Below are positions 21,710 to 34,399 of a stretch of DNA of 64,000 nt, piece after piece (the first letter of the stretch is position 1; each line of letters opens with the position of its first letter). The stretch covers positions 83,950,001 through 84,014,000 of the forward strand of contig NC_086097.1 of assembly GCF_963921235.1 (NCBI RefSeq). Direction: 5' to 3'. The notes under the pieces are model-generated. The model had not been told where the DNA came from. It searched no databases and saw only the letters and a program-made list of their open reading frames with translations. The stretch comes from Mobula hypostoma (Eukaryota). The translations under genes were made by a program, and so were the position numbers.

Positions 21710-23346
21710 GTAATGTCGGGAGGTCTGGCCGTTATCGGGGGGCAGAGGGAGCGAGGGTGGGCTCACCGGTGGTTGGATGTTTTGTCGATGCGAACAGAGA
21801 AACAGATCTTCGGTGAGGGCCTTCCTCTCCACCTTCTCGGGAACGCAGGCGGGAGGGTCGGCCTCCGGGACTTCGGGCGCTCAGCGACTGCGTTCAGATG
21901 TTGTCCCATCACCAAATGGCCCAATGAATGGTGGTGGTGGGGCATCTAACTGGGAATGGGAAATGCTGTTTTTATGTCCAGTTTTTTCGGTGGGGGAGGT
22001 GGTTGGAGGTGGCGGTTTTAACCGTTTCTCATGTTGTGGCTTACTTACTGCTGATGAACCACAATAAGGCGCAGTACCTTGTGGAGGCTCGGGCTGGCCA
22101 GGTGCAACCCTCCCCCCCCCCCCCCGCCAACCGCCACTAAAAGTCAGAAGAAGAATCCCCTCTCCCAAGTTTGCTCGATTCCTTTCCGAGAGAGTCAGGC
22201 AGCATAGAAACGAGCCTTCGGCCCACAATAAATACAATAATTCTGCATGATTTTTACCGAGAACGATTTCATTCTGGGCACATTCCTTTTTGCTCCCGGA
22301 ATCAACGCTTGCCTACGCGCTGAGGGCAATGGATAGTGTCCATTTGAACCTCTTAACTCGCACCTCTGCGATGTGTAAAGGAACTCGTGGTCGCAGACAA
22401 TGTGAAGGCAAGGCATAAGCTCTGGAGACTTGGATTGCTGGAGCTGTAGGCAGTAGTTCGTACTACTTTGCCTTTGAGTTGAGTGCGGACGTTCATGCAT
22501 TTCAGCAGTTTGATATAATTGAGTTTGGATTTGAGACCTTATGACACAGCAGCTAATGTCCAATGATTGCTCCTCAGGCTAGTGGATATGTAATTTGATC
22601 GTGGGTTTTCGTTCCAACAGCATGCTATTGTTTTTTTTTCAAGCCAGATTGTTACACGTAAAGGTATTGGAACTTTGTCATGGTCGTCTTTGTCTGGTTG
22701 CTCACGTCATAAAAAAGTACTCGAGGACCCATCTGACCCAAGCAGCTAAATCCTTCTGATTCCTCTGTTAATTAGGAACCAAGCATCTTTGTACTTGGTT
22801 TGTAAAAGCATTGCTTTCTAATGCCTACTGGCCGTAATTTCACACATTCCTCCATTGATACTCAATTTGACACTGCTGTCAACTGTACTAAGTTCTATTG
22901 TCTTCTTCCAGTCCTTCCTGAGGTGTATGGAGGAATTTAAGGTTGGGGGGGGGTTATATGGGAGGCAGCGTTTAAGGGTCGGCACCACACTGTGCTGTAC
23001 TATTCTATGTTCCTGGCCCAGTTTCCTTTTTAGGAGTATGCTGCTGCATGACAGCCTGAGCTCCTTTCCCATACTACTGGTTTCAATAACACGTACCCTC
23101 TGTGTTATTGTATTTACTAACTGCTCTCTATCTACATTTTAAGCACTGGCTAACTGGAATAAGAATAACCCTCAAGCTTTTTTTGTTGTTCATTTGATTA
23201 CAACTGTCTAGTCATTTTGTCTTTGATATAGTTCTTTGGGTCTTAATGCCAAAGCTGTGTTATTTTTCATTCCTTTAAGCCATAACAACCTATTAGGAAT
23301 GGTCACAACTAATCTGTAAAGAAGACCTACCTAATTGATCATGCAA

Positions 23347-23567
23347 CATACATCAAAGTTGCTGGTGAACGCAGCAGGCCAAGCAGCATCTATAGGAAGA
23401 GGCGCAGTCGACGTTTCAGGCCGAGACCCTTCGTCCTGAAGGGTCTCGGCCTGAAACGTCGACTGCGCCTCTTCCTATAGATGCTGCTTGGCCTGCTGCG
23501 TTCACCAGCAACTTTGATGTATGTTGCTTGAATTTCCAGCATCTGCAGAATTCCTGTTGTTTACATT
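23347..23567. mobile_element. Penelope-derived fold-back insertion (90-bp perfect inverted repeat) in SRSF5 copy 1 intron 1
   Basis: Arms 23343-23432 and 23438-23527 with loop GTCCT; 15-bp TSD TAATTGATCATGCAA (23332-23346, 23568-23582). Confidence 0.9.
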
Positions 23568-23884
23568 TAATTGATCATGCAAGTTTTTTTTTGTAACATC
23601 ACTTTATATTGGATTTTCTCACTGGAGATAGTTTCCATCTACCAATCAGCTACTTCTGGATCATTTTAATCTCAATTTCTACTCGATTTTTGATTGTCAT
23701 GGTAATTAAGGTGTACTTTATGTAACTTTTTTTGTTATGAATGATATGACTCCGTTTTGATTATAAAGCAGCTTGTTTTTTGCTCCACTGAAAGTAATGT
23801 CACAGTAGATCTGATTTGGTCTGCATTCAACTTTCAAACTACTTTGTAGTGATTATTTTTTTCTTTGGAATATTATCAGATACA

Positions 23885-26800
23885 ATGAGCTGCCGTGTAT
23901 TCATTGGTCGATTAAGCCCTCATGCCAGAGAGAGAGATGTGGAGAAATTCTTCAAAGGATATGGGCGAATAAAAGAAATTGATCTGAAAAATGGGTTTGG
24001 GTTCGTGGTAAGATTGCTTTTCAGTTGATTTTTTTTTAAAAAACAACTTAAGTATATTAATTTGTGCTTCAATCATTGCAAAATATGAAAACTAATACTG
24101 ATACTGTTCCTAGGAATTTGAGGATCACAGGGATGCAGATGATGCTGTTTATGAACTGGATGGTAAAGAACTGTGTAGTGAAAGGTAAAAGAAAACTGCC
24201 CTGAATATTATTTTCTTTTTTATTTAACATTACAATGAGTTGAGTTTGACGAAAAATTTTTCTGCAGAGTTACGGTTGAACATGCAAGAGCACGACCTAG
24301 AGGAGGGCGTGGAGGAGGGCGATACCAGGGTCGCTTTAGCCCACGGCGCCCACGTAGCGAGGCAAGGTAAGACTGTCTTAGATGAACAGCATATTTTCTA
24401 TTTATACACATTGATGGTTTATAAAGACAATCCAATGAGAAATTGAGTGTCCTCATTCTCAACTTGGGAAGAGTAGCAACTGATATGCTTTAAATAAAGT
24501 TACAGAGGCATGGTTGAGGGAATAAGAATGATGCCAAGAATATGATGACCTATGTATGAGGAAAGTCTGGGCCTCCAAAAAAGGCATACAAACAACCTCA
24601 ATTCACACTCCAAGTATGAAAAAATATTGATTGGAGAACAAAACTAGTGGTCATTATTATAAAATAGAAATCCAATACTTGTTATTTTTATCTACCCAAT
24701 GATTGAGAATATGGAGCTCATTGCCTCAGTGTTGAAACAAATAGATGCACTTATGTGGCAGACATGAGGAAACTAATCAAGGTTCCAGTGCTAGGAGGAG
24801 GTTTTAGTACAGCATGTGCTGGTTTAGCTGAATGGCCAAGATTGAATATTCTACTAATTTGCTGTTTTCATTTTAAAAGAGGGGGGAAAATGCACTGTTC
24901 CTAATCTTAGATTTTAGCAAGTCTTATTGGAATGGCTGTTATGACCAGGCTGTGGTGTAACATATTTCTTAAGGAGTTGTGCAAAAGCCAGCCAATTAAC
25001 TAACATGGTAACTCGGAGTATTTGATCTAGTTGGAGCTGTGCGTGGCAACACAGTTGTGTTGAGGGATAGGGGGTGCCCGTCCTTACCACCTGCCACTGA
25101 TCTGACAAGTCCAGGATCCAGCTGCACTGGTGTGGGGTGCAGGCCAGGGTCTCTTGAGCTTCTTGCCGAGCCTGGGGGGGATTTATGGTGTTGAATGCTG
25201 AACTGTAGAAATAGTACATCTGTATCTTGTAATTAGGCCTTTAAATTTTAAACCTGGAAATCTTCACAGATCTGGATTTCATTTAATGTAATTTGTTTCA
25301 GGAATGGACCTCCAGTTCGCACAGACAACAGACTGATAGTTGAGAATTTGTCTTCAAGAGTTAGTTGGCAGGTATGTTGCATATAACTATACTTCCTTAA
25401 TTCTGTTAATTCATTTGTCATAATTAAAATTTGTTCTGAGATGAAAAATAATGAATCTGACAAATGATCTAATGGTTAGCTGCAAGCAGGAAGTAAAGCA
25501 AGTAGGTATGATATTATAAATTGCTGGCGAAGATCTGCATACAGGGTAGCCAAAATCTGCAAAAGCATGCACTGCAAAAATGTAACAAATTTGCCTTGCC
25601 TTTGAAATGAGTGGAATTAGTTAATGGTATTACAAAGTTTAATGCAAAATGGGTTTGTGTGTGCATGTGTGTGTTTATGGGGACTTGGAGGAGGAAGGAG
25701 GAAGTGGGGTGGTATTAATGTGTATAATGAAAATTCAATTTAATTTTAAGCAAATTGATTGGCACACAAAGGTGCAATTTTTTTAGATGGTGCTGTTATT
25801 TATGTTTTCTTCCTAGTGGTATCTTGGATCTTTAGGAAACTGCAAAAACCTCGGCCTGCCTTTTATGTAAAATCTTGTCAGGTGTGCTTGTTTAATACAA
25901 TTACTCATTCCCACATTTGCCTTTTAACTGTATGTGAAAGTATTCGTAAACATTTATTGTAGTGAAACGAGCCTTTATTGTAGACGTCCTTCAGTTTCCA
26001 TTTTTCTGAAGCTGATGACTTAATACTTGATTTGATTCCACGGTGAGCACCTGCTCCACAATCCTATGAATCTTAAATAAAGCTGGGTATTTAAAGGACA
26101 TTTCTGCTTTGGAAATTATTGCACCCAATGCCAATCTTGATGTCGTTTCGGCCATATGCATGTGCCAACTAGAAATTGTTGAATAGTGTCAGGGTTCAAC
26201 TCTAATGTAGATTAGCATTTTCTTTCTTTATTAATGCGACGAAGGTTGGCTGAAGCCAACCTATTTGAAATCCTCTAATATAGTACTGTTAAGAGCCCAT
26301 GACTTCCTTTTTGGAAATAGTGGTTGGTCGTTTTTAAATATTAAGGTCAGTGAGGTTCATTTGTGCAGACAATTAGCCAAAGCTAAGCCTGAATTCTTGA
26401 CTCCTGGAAGGAATGGTAGCAAGGAAAATTGATACAAATATGTACAATATTGAACTTATTAAATAGTCCATTTTCAAGATTTTCATAAGTACTCTAGCTT
26501 CAAGAATATTTAACAATGACTCTGTGATTTAAGTAATTTGTCTTTGAAAGCCATTAGTGTGACATTTTTGCTTGGTTCTGTGTTGAATTGTGTACAAACC
26601 TTTTAACCAAATATTAAAACCTTTATTTACCAGCCTCTCGTATCGTTGGCCTTGTGACGAGTGACGTTTTCCTAATCGCTCTGGCTTGGTCTCTTGGTGG
26701 GCCTAGTTGAATTGCCAGTCCTACGTTTCATTCAGTTGGTGATCTGTATTATGCTGGTCTGACCAACATTGGTGGGCACTAGCTTAAGTGCTCGGGTTCG

Positions 26801-28455
26801 TTCCTGCGCCTCTGAAAATGCTGGTAACGAATTGTCCTAAAGTCAAAGTGTGAGAGCTGTCTAAACTAAGGTCCTTGATTGAAAGAAATTCGCTAGTAGG
26901 TTTGTTTGGAAGCTCGATTTGGAGTGAGTGAGGCGTTCTTGATAACAACACAAGATTTAGCAATTCCTGTTCCCATGGCGCCGCCAAAATCCACCTTTAG
27001 GATGGGTGATGTCCGGGAGGGCTCACGTGGAGCAGGTGCTGAAGAGCACTATCGTGTCGTCAGTCGTGATGATACCTCTGCAAGTTCTCTTGCATTTGGC
27101 TGGTTGAATAGCCTAGGGAATTGTGCGGGAAGGTAATAAATTTTAATGAATTAGCTTTGGTTTCATTTGTAGTGATTTTATAAAAGACAATGGGTAATGC
27201 ATGTGATTTTCTAACCTAATTTATTTTATTTTATATAGGATCTGAAGGATTACATGAGACAGGCTGGAGAAGTTACCTTTGCAGATGCACACCGGCACAA
27301 AATGAATGAAGGGTGAGTGAAATAAAGGAACTTAGTTTCTGTGTTAGCCAAATTACTGGGTAGCATGAAGAATTTGTAAAATTATATGTGTGAACATAGT
27401 TGAACAACATTTTACCAAATGGATCTCAAAAGTAGGAACAAAGTTGCATTTGGTGATGACCACCTGTCAACTATCAGTGAATTTAGATTACACTTTGGCA
27501 TTAAAGGTACCAACATTTATGCTGCTTGCTTAAAAGATCTTTAAAAGTATTATATTCAAATAGTATTGTAGTTTTTAGCCATAACTTGAGCAGTTTAACA
27601 TAAGCTGTTTGTTCTGTTTACCTGTTACATTTCGAGTAGAATTTTGTTGAACAATTTTATATTCTTTACGTAGGGTGGTTGAGTTTGCCTCATACAGTGA
27701 TATGAAGAATGCAATTGATAAACTGTCTGGCACAGAAATAAATGGAAGAAAGATTAGATTGATTGAAGAACCTAAACATCACAGGTAAGTGCTGAACAAG
27801 TTTTCACTTATATCAATACCATGTTGACTAGATTTGAACTTACAGAGTGACTTAAAGCAGTTCAATCATAAAATGCTACTGAAGGATGGCATACTTCAAT
27901 TGATTTTATATTAGTACTGCTGGAGAAATAGGGTGCATGCAAAACTTGTGAAGCTGTTAGTGCAGAGGTAACATCATATTGAAAGCCAGGAAGGAATTGT
28001 TCGGTGTTCAGTTGATATTTCAAATAGAGAATCAAATTCAGAATTTTTTTCAATAGTGACTTTCAGGATGTGACATATTTTGAAAACTAGTTCTGCAAGG
28101 AATAATCTGGTTGTCAATTGAAATGCCCATTTTTTTTTAGTGACTTTCGCAAAATAGCACTAATTGTTACCGTTTTTCCCTTAGATCTCGCAGCAGGTCA
28201 CGTTCACGTAGCCGCACGTACTCCAGGTCTCGTAGTCGTTCTCGCTCCAGGAGCCGAAAATCGTACAGTAGGTCAAAGAGTAGAAGCCGCAGTAAATCCC
28301 GTTCTCGCAGTAGATCCCGTACCTCGGTCAGAGAACAAAAAGTTCGTTCGCCTTCACCAACCAAATCGCCTGCGTCGTTGGAGCGGCCACGTTCTCAATC
28401 TCGCTCGCGTTCTCGGTCGTTGTCAAGGTCACCTTCTGGTGCAAGTGCAGATTAA
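23885..28455 (+). CDS. srsf5: Serine/arginine-rich splicing factor 5 (SRp40), copy 1, 272 aa
   Basis: join(23885..24007,24114..24184,24268..24366,25302..25371,27239..27312,27674..27784,28185..28455) = 819 nt, all GT-AG and in frame. RRM1 ([16 protein letters not shown]), pseudo-RRM SWQDLKD, RS domain, TAA stop. Confidence 0.96.
25015..25215 (-). mobile_element. Degenerate Rex1-like RT fragment in intron
   Basis: [10 protein letters not shown]...CSWILDL motif. Confidence 0.6.
26634..27132 (+). other. srsf5: Poison (PTC-containing) cassette exon of SRSF5 copy 1
   Basis: Acceptor TTTATTTACCAG|, donor AAG|GTAATA, in-frame TGA at 26655-26657. It lies between the SWQ and DLKD exons, where the vertebrate SRSF5 unproductive exon is known to lie, and aligns with 42191-42707. 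Confidence 0.85.
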
Positions 28456-28761
28456 GCAATGGTGATGGGTATGTTATAACTAATGTGAACGTATACCCAA
28501 GTAAATGAAAGTTATAGAAAGTAGTTCATGTTAAAAAAAATATGAAACTTAATTTGTTTGCTTGGGACCAGAGTGCTTGCAATTCTTGAAAGTATGTTTG
28601 AATTGTATTGTTTACATATGCAGTCCTTCAAAAAAATTGTGTATGCCCATTTATTCCACCAAAATGTGCAATTAATGAATTTAAAGATGTATCTTGATTT
28701 GTATTAAACCACACTTTTCCTTGGATAAATAGTGTATTTCATTACATTATGTTTTTCTTTG

Positions 28762-28767
28762 AATAAA
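28762..28767 (+). terminator. Candidate polyadenylation signal, SRSF5 copy 1
   Basis: AATAAA about 300 nt after the stop; ATTAAA also at 28703-28708. Confidence 0.5.
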
Positions 28768-30047
28768 AGTTGCAAACCTAGTTCATTGAAACTACTCATT
28801 TTTCCACTATGTGGATATTTTATTGATATGTCATGGTCTAAGATCTTGAATCTGAAATTTGTTCAGTTCTTCATTTACGAAAAAACTGAAGTCAGTAGTG
28901 ACTTACCTTCCAAATAGTACTCTATTTTAGGAATGGAGTAGCTAAGAATAATGATTTATAGTCCTCTTGATTTGTTCACAAGTTTAAATGTGTCTTTTTA
29001 CTATTTTAAACGTTTGAGTGAATTCTTGCCTGTTTGAAGTTGGGGCAGAGTATGTAGTAGATTGGGGTCTGAATTAGTGATCTAAAATGAAGATGGATAA
29101 GTGAATATTGACTTTGCCCTATCAGATTGCTGTGTGTTGCGGAAACCTATTTTGGATCATTTAGGCTACTTATAAACAATATTTAGCATGAAACTAAACT
29201 CAGGCTGGTTTAAGCTGAAATTTATTCTACATATTTGGGTTGTAAAAAGATTACAAACACAAAAGTAAATCTTTTTTCTTCACTCCAGCTTTGTCACTAA
29301 AACTGTGCTCCAGAAGCAGAACTTTAAGATGTCTACAGTCATGGAGAATGTGGCTTCGTTGCAAGAATCTTGTGTGCATGTTACTTTGTTTTATTTTTTA
29401 ATTCAGCATTAGACCAATCATGTTTGTTATGCCTTTAATGGCAGTTATGGATGCCGGAGCACAGCCACAAATTTGGGCATTGGGCAGGTCTTCCAATGGA
29501 GCATATCCTGGAGCAGGAATCAAGTGTCTGATGGAATACTGGGGGGAATGGGACTAGTGCTGTATTCAGCATGTCTGGTAGTGTTGCACACACTGGCCCA
29601 ATGTGAAAGGTTCAGTGGATGGGTGGATTTGGGGGGGGGAAGAAAGGGATAGGAACTACATATGGAAGGGTTGAAGGGGTAGGTGTTGAGGGGGGAAGGT
29701 ATGTGCCAATAAGGAGACTGAAGACCCATAATGTTTTAGGAATAGTTTCTCTGCTGTCAGATTTTTGAACTGTCCATGAACACTACCTCATTATTTTGTG
29801 TAGTGCTTACTTTTATCTTGCACTGCACTGCTGGCATAAAACATCAGATTTCATGACATGTCCGTGACAATAAGTCTGATCCTGAAGATTTTCGCCCAAA
29901 GTTGCTTGATTTGAAAAGGAAGATGTAAATTACTAAACATGGTATTTTTCATAATGCCAGATTTTCAGGAGTGAAGTATTGAACTAGATTTTTATTTAAA
30001 TCAAATGAACAAAGATTGTAGAAATCAGCTCTCCTATGGGCTTTTTA

Positions 30048-30770
30048 GTCATAGTCATACTTTATTGATCCCGGGGGAAATTGGTTTTTGTTACAGTTGC
30101 ACCATAAATAATTAAATAGTAATAAAACCATAAATAGTTAAATAGTAATATGTAAATTATGCCAGGAAATAAGTCCAGGACCAGCCTATTGGCTCAGGGT
30201 GTCTGACCCTCCAAGGGAGGAGTTGTAAAGTTTGATGGCCACAGGCAGGAATGACCTCCTATGACGCTCTGTGTGGCATCTTGGTGTAATGAGTCTCTGG
30301 CTGAATGTACTCCTGTGCCCAACCAGTACATTATGTAGTGGATGGGAGACATTGTCCAAGATGGCATGCAACTTAGACAGCATCCTCTTTTCAGACACCA
30401 CCATCAGAGAGTCCAGTTCCATCCCCACAACATCACTGGCCTTACGAATGAGTTTGTTGATTCTGTTGGTGTCTGCTACCCTCAGCCTGCTGCCCCAGCA
30501 TACAACAGCAAACACGATCGCACTGGCCACCACAGACTCGTAGAACATCCTCAGCATCGTCCGGCAGATGTTAAAGGACCTCAGTCTCCTCAGGAAATAG
30601 AGATGGCTCTGACCCTTCTTGTAGACAGCCTCAGTGTTCTTTGACTAGTCCAGTTTATTGTCAATTTGTATCCCCAGGTATTTAATCCTCCATCATGTCC
30701 ACGTTGACCCCCTGGATGGAAACGGGTCGCCGGTACCTTGGCTCTCCTTGGGTATACCACCAGCTCCTTA
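30048..30770 (-). mobile_element. Rex1/Babar LINE 3' fragment (fairly young)
   Basis: MLRMFYESVVASAI...NVSHPLH...RRSFLPVAIKLYN; AATAAA plus (ATGACT)n tail. Confidence 0.88.
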
Positions 30771-32159
30771 GACTTTACTATTTAGAATGTGTTTATAGAG
30801 ATGTTATTGCAATTTTCTTTGTCTCCAGTAACTACTGTAGCCCAGAAACAGTTCAAATTGAAAAGTAAAGATTAGCTTGGCAGACGAGTAGTGAAGTAAC
30901 ATTGAAGTGGGTAGAGTGGTGAGCTGAAGGGAAATGGTAGACTTTTTTTGATGGCCAAGGTGTGTCAGTGCTGGGGCCTCTTTATAACTAAATGTTTGAT
31001 GGGAGGCATGGTTATGGTTGCTAAATTTCTGATGGCACATAGGCAATGGTATAGAGAAGTAAGTTGTGTAGTGGATATGAGAAAGAAATTGAACAAGGAT
31101 TTGATCAATGGGGAATTTCTCTTTGATCTTATAAAATTGATTCTTTGTTTTTTTTTTCCTGACTGTACATGTAGCAATATCACTTCAGTATTTATGAAAG
31201 TGAGACTGTCGTGCAATTCAAAAATGTGTCAAAAATATTAGTAATTCAGCTAAAAAAATGCCAATTATGTTTTACTAAGAAACAGAAACAGTGCTCTGCT
31301 TTAGAGGGCTGTGAGGTGGTTTCATAACAGCTTCAGCATCTGGATGTGATTATCTCAAGATTTTCTAAGAATGACCAAAGCTAACAGTTTTTATTTGTAT
31401 ATGATCTTTGCATAGAAGATATTCCATGACAATTCATAACAAACTAATTTTACTGAGGGGAAGTTAGACATTTTTGTAAGTGTTTAGTCCTGAGTCGACG
31501 GTAAACACTGGTATCATTGTTTATTCCTCACCATCGGCGTTCCCTGACTGCTGAGTTTGTCCAGCATTTTATGCTGTTAGCAATATGCACAAAATGCTGG
31601 ACGAACTCAGCAAGCCAGGCAGCATCTGAAAAAGAGGAAACAGTTGAAGTTTCGGGCTGCGATTGTGTGGTACTAAAGGCAACTGAAAATATCATTCCTA
31701 ACATTCCCTGTTATATCTTTGTTAGGTCTCTATGTAATTTGCTGAATCACAGCATGGAAGTGGACAGCTGAGAAGTTCAAAGCAGTATTTGCTGATTTCT
31801 TGGGTTGATTATGGCCCAGTAAAGTTATTGCTGATGCCTGCTGGTAACATTGCATTTGTGTTGCCACACCATATTGAGAGTGTGGAGGAATGACAGTTTC
31901 GAAAGAAATCTTGACGCTAAACACAAAAACAATATTCTCAATGAGATAGTTTTAGCTCCAGTTTACAGACTGACAAAGTTTCACCAATACCACTCACAGG
32001 AGAACACAAACATCAGGCAAGGATGGGAAGATAAAGATAGTGCGTTTTTACTATAAGGAAATGGTACAAATTTAACTCCAAGAATGGTGTAGTTCTCTGT
32101 GGTTTACAGTAACAGAATTCAGCTGCTTGTATGGAACACCATGGTTGTATGGCACACAC

Positions 32160-32608
32160 CTAGGTATACTTTGATTTTCAGAAGGCCTTTGACAAGGTGC
32201 AGCACATAAGGCTGTTTAAAAAGATTTTTAAAAACCCATGGTATTACAGGAAAGACAACATGGATGCAGAATTGGCAGCAGGCAAAGAGTTGGAATAAAG
32301 GAAGCCTTTTCTGGTTGGCTGCTAGTGACCAGTGGTGTTCGTGTTGGGACTGCTTTTAATGTTATACATCAGTGATGTGGATGATGAAATTGTTGGCTTT
32401 GTGGCCAAGTCTATAGATGATACAAAGATTAGTGGAGTGGCAGGTAGTGCTGAGGAAGCAGGGAGTCTGCAGAAGGACTTCAATGAAGAGAACGGGCAAA
32501 GAAGTGGTAGATGAAACATCAGGAAGTGTATGATCATACACTGGTAGAAGGAACAAGAGCATACTCTATTTTCTAAATGGGTAGAAAATTCAAAAATCTG
32601 AGGTGCAA
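32160..32608 (+). mobile_element. Degenerate CR1 RT fragment
   Basis: DFQKAFDKV and YISDVDDEIVGFVAKSIDDTKI motifs. Confidence 0.8.
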
Positions 32609-33165
32609 AGAGTAAATTTATTACCAAAGTACATTTGTCACCATATACAACCCTGAGATTCATTTTCTTGCAGCATATTCAATAAATCCATAGTAGAATA
32701 TTAACTAGAATAGAGCAAATGAAACACCATTTGTCTTGTTCAACCACTGTGCAAACACAATACAAGAAAGAATAAATAAATAAATAAGCAATAAATATTG
32801 ATGAGATGAAGAGTCCTTGTAAGTGAGTCATAGGTTGTGGGGACATTTCAATGATGGGGTGAGTGAAGTTTACGCCCCCCCCCCCCCCCAGTTCAAGATC
32901 CAATAATCAGCTCCTTGGTCTCGCTGACATTGAGTAACAGGTTGTTGTGACACCAAGTGCCAGATTTTCAATCTCTCATATGCTGATTCATCACTACCTT
33001 TGATTCGGCCTCCAACATCATCAGCAAATCTGAAAAAGTAATTAGAGCTGTACTTAGCCACACAGTCATAAGTATAAAGCGAGTAGAATAGGGGTCTAAG
33101 CATACTGCCTTGTGGTGCACCTGTGCTGATGGAGATTATGGAGAAGATGTTGCCGATCTGAACCA
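32608..33165 (-). mobile_element. Degenerate, internally deleted Rex1-like LINE
   Basis: STGAPQGSMLRPLFYSLYTYDC...RFADD motif plus AATAAA tail. Confidence 0.75.
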
Positions 33166-33729
33166 ATTTTCAAAACAGGCAATCTACTTTGAGCTTCATC
33201 AGAGTAATAGATTACCAGGTAGACAGCAAAAAAACTATTCAAGAACATTTTCAAAGATGTCCTCAACTTGAGACAGTTCAAAATGGAAAAGGTGCATTCA
33301 AGATTGCACTGAGCGCCACAGTCTATTTGTTAAGAGCTTACAGAGGCTGTGAAATTACAAGGTGTGCACCATTTCCCAGACTGCCCACCTATCCATCCAC
33401 AATAAACTCATCAGTCACCACAGCACCCACAAAATGCATGTAAAACCAAGTAACCTTTGACCCAGATGAATTGTAGAAGAATCTTCACAAATACCTAAGA
33501 AAGTAGAGATGCCACCATGCTTTCTTAAAAGAGTCTGGGTACCTCAGACAGCAGAAACAAGAAGTTAATAATCTCAGTGAACTCCCAAGAGATTAGGGGA
33601 AACGGATGAAAGGGTGTGAGGTATTAAAGGTGGAGTGTTGGGAAGTGAAGAGGACACAGAGGATAACAATGTCTCTGCCCTGGGATGTATTTTTGCACTT
33701 TAATGGAAGCAAACAAGCTCCAAAGTGGC

Positions 33730-34050
33730 ATGACAGGATAGATGTTGAGATTATTTCATCAATGGGAGAGTCGCCAACAAAGGGGTATAATTACAGGGTA
33801 TGGGGACAGCCGTTTAAAACTGAGGTTCATAGGAATTTCTTCTTGCAGAAGGTGGTCAATCTCTGGGCTTCTCTACCTCGGAGTGTTGTGGTGGCCAGAT
33901 CATCTGATGTTATTTAAAGAAATAGAGAGCTTTTTAAAAAGCTTGCTGTATTGAGGACTGATTGAGTAGCACAGGAGTTAAAGCCACTCCCAAGTTTGTC
34001 ACAATAATACTGAATGGTGGCGTATGTTTAAGAGGATGTTGCTATTTTCT
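33730..34050 (+). mobile_element. Degenerate CR1 3' end
   Basis: TKGYNYRVWGQPFKTEVHRNFFLQKVVNLW peptide. Confidence 0.7.
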
Positions 34051-34399
34051 TGTGTCCATTCGGCAGGATGTACAGAAACCTATAGACCCACACCACCTGA
34101 TTGAAGAACAAACATCAGGATTCTTGAAATGACTTGCACAATCACTATAGACCAAATCTTGCAGTGTCATGAAGTGACTTACCTTTTTTAATTGCACTCT
34201 TTTGTTTTTGCACTTTATCTTGTTACTGCCTTGTATCATTGAGTGCTGTCTGTACCTGTGTACCTATAAGGTTTCTGCAAGCGAAGTTTTGGAATGTGTT
34301 TATAACTCATCTTACACCATGGCAATGAATTTGAGTTTACTCCAAGTGTCCATCACTCAGCTGAAGTTAAAGGAACCACACTAACATCTTCAATTCAAG

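Noticed and set aside
21335..22237. Several 60-124 aa ORFs over the CpG island (also 36518-37124)
   Set aside because: Expected in GC-rich promoter DNA; no recognisable domains.
17337..23567. Dispersed palindromic repeats as a CRISPR-like array
   Set aside because: Eukaryotic context, irregular spacing, both orientations, TSDs and linkage to GIY-YIG/RT fragments.
26010..26075. Possible intronic C/D snoRNA (TGATGA box)
   Set aside because: No properly placed D box or terminal stem, and no counterpart in copy 2.
23885..28455. Copy 1 as SRSF4 or SRSF6 because of DLKDYMRQ
   Set aside because: N-terminus, 272-aa length, short RS domain, exon layout and poison exon position all fit SRSF5.
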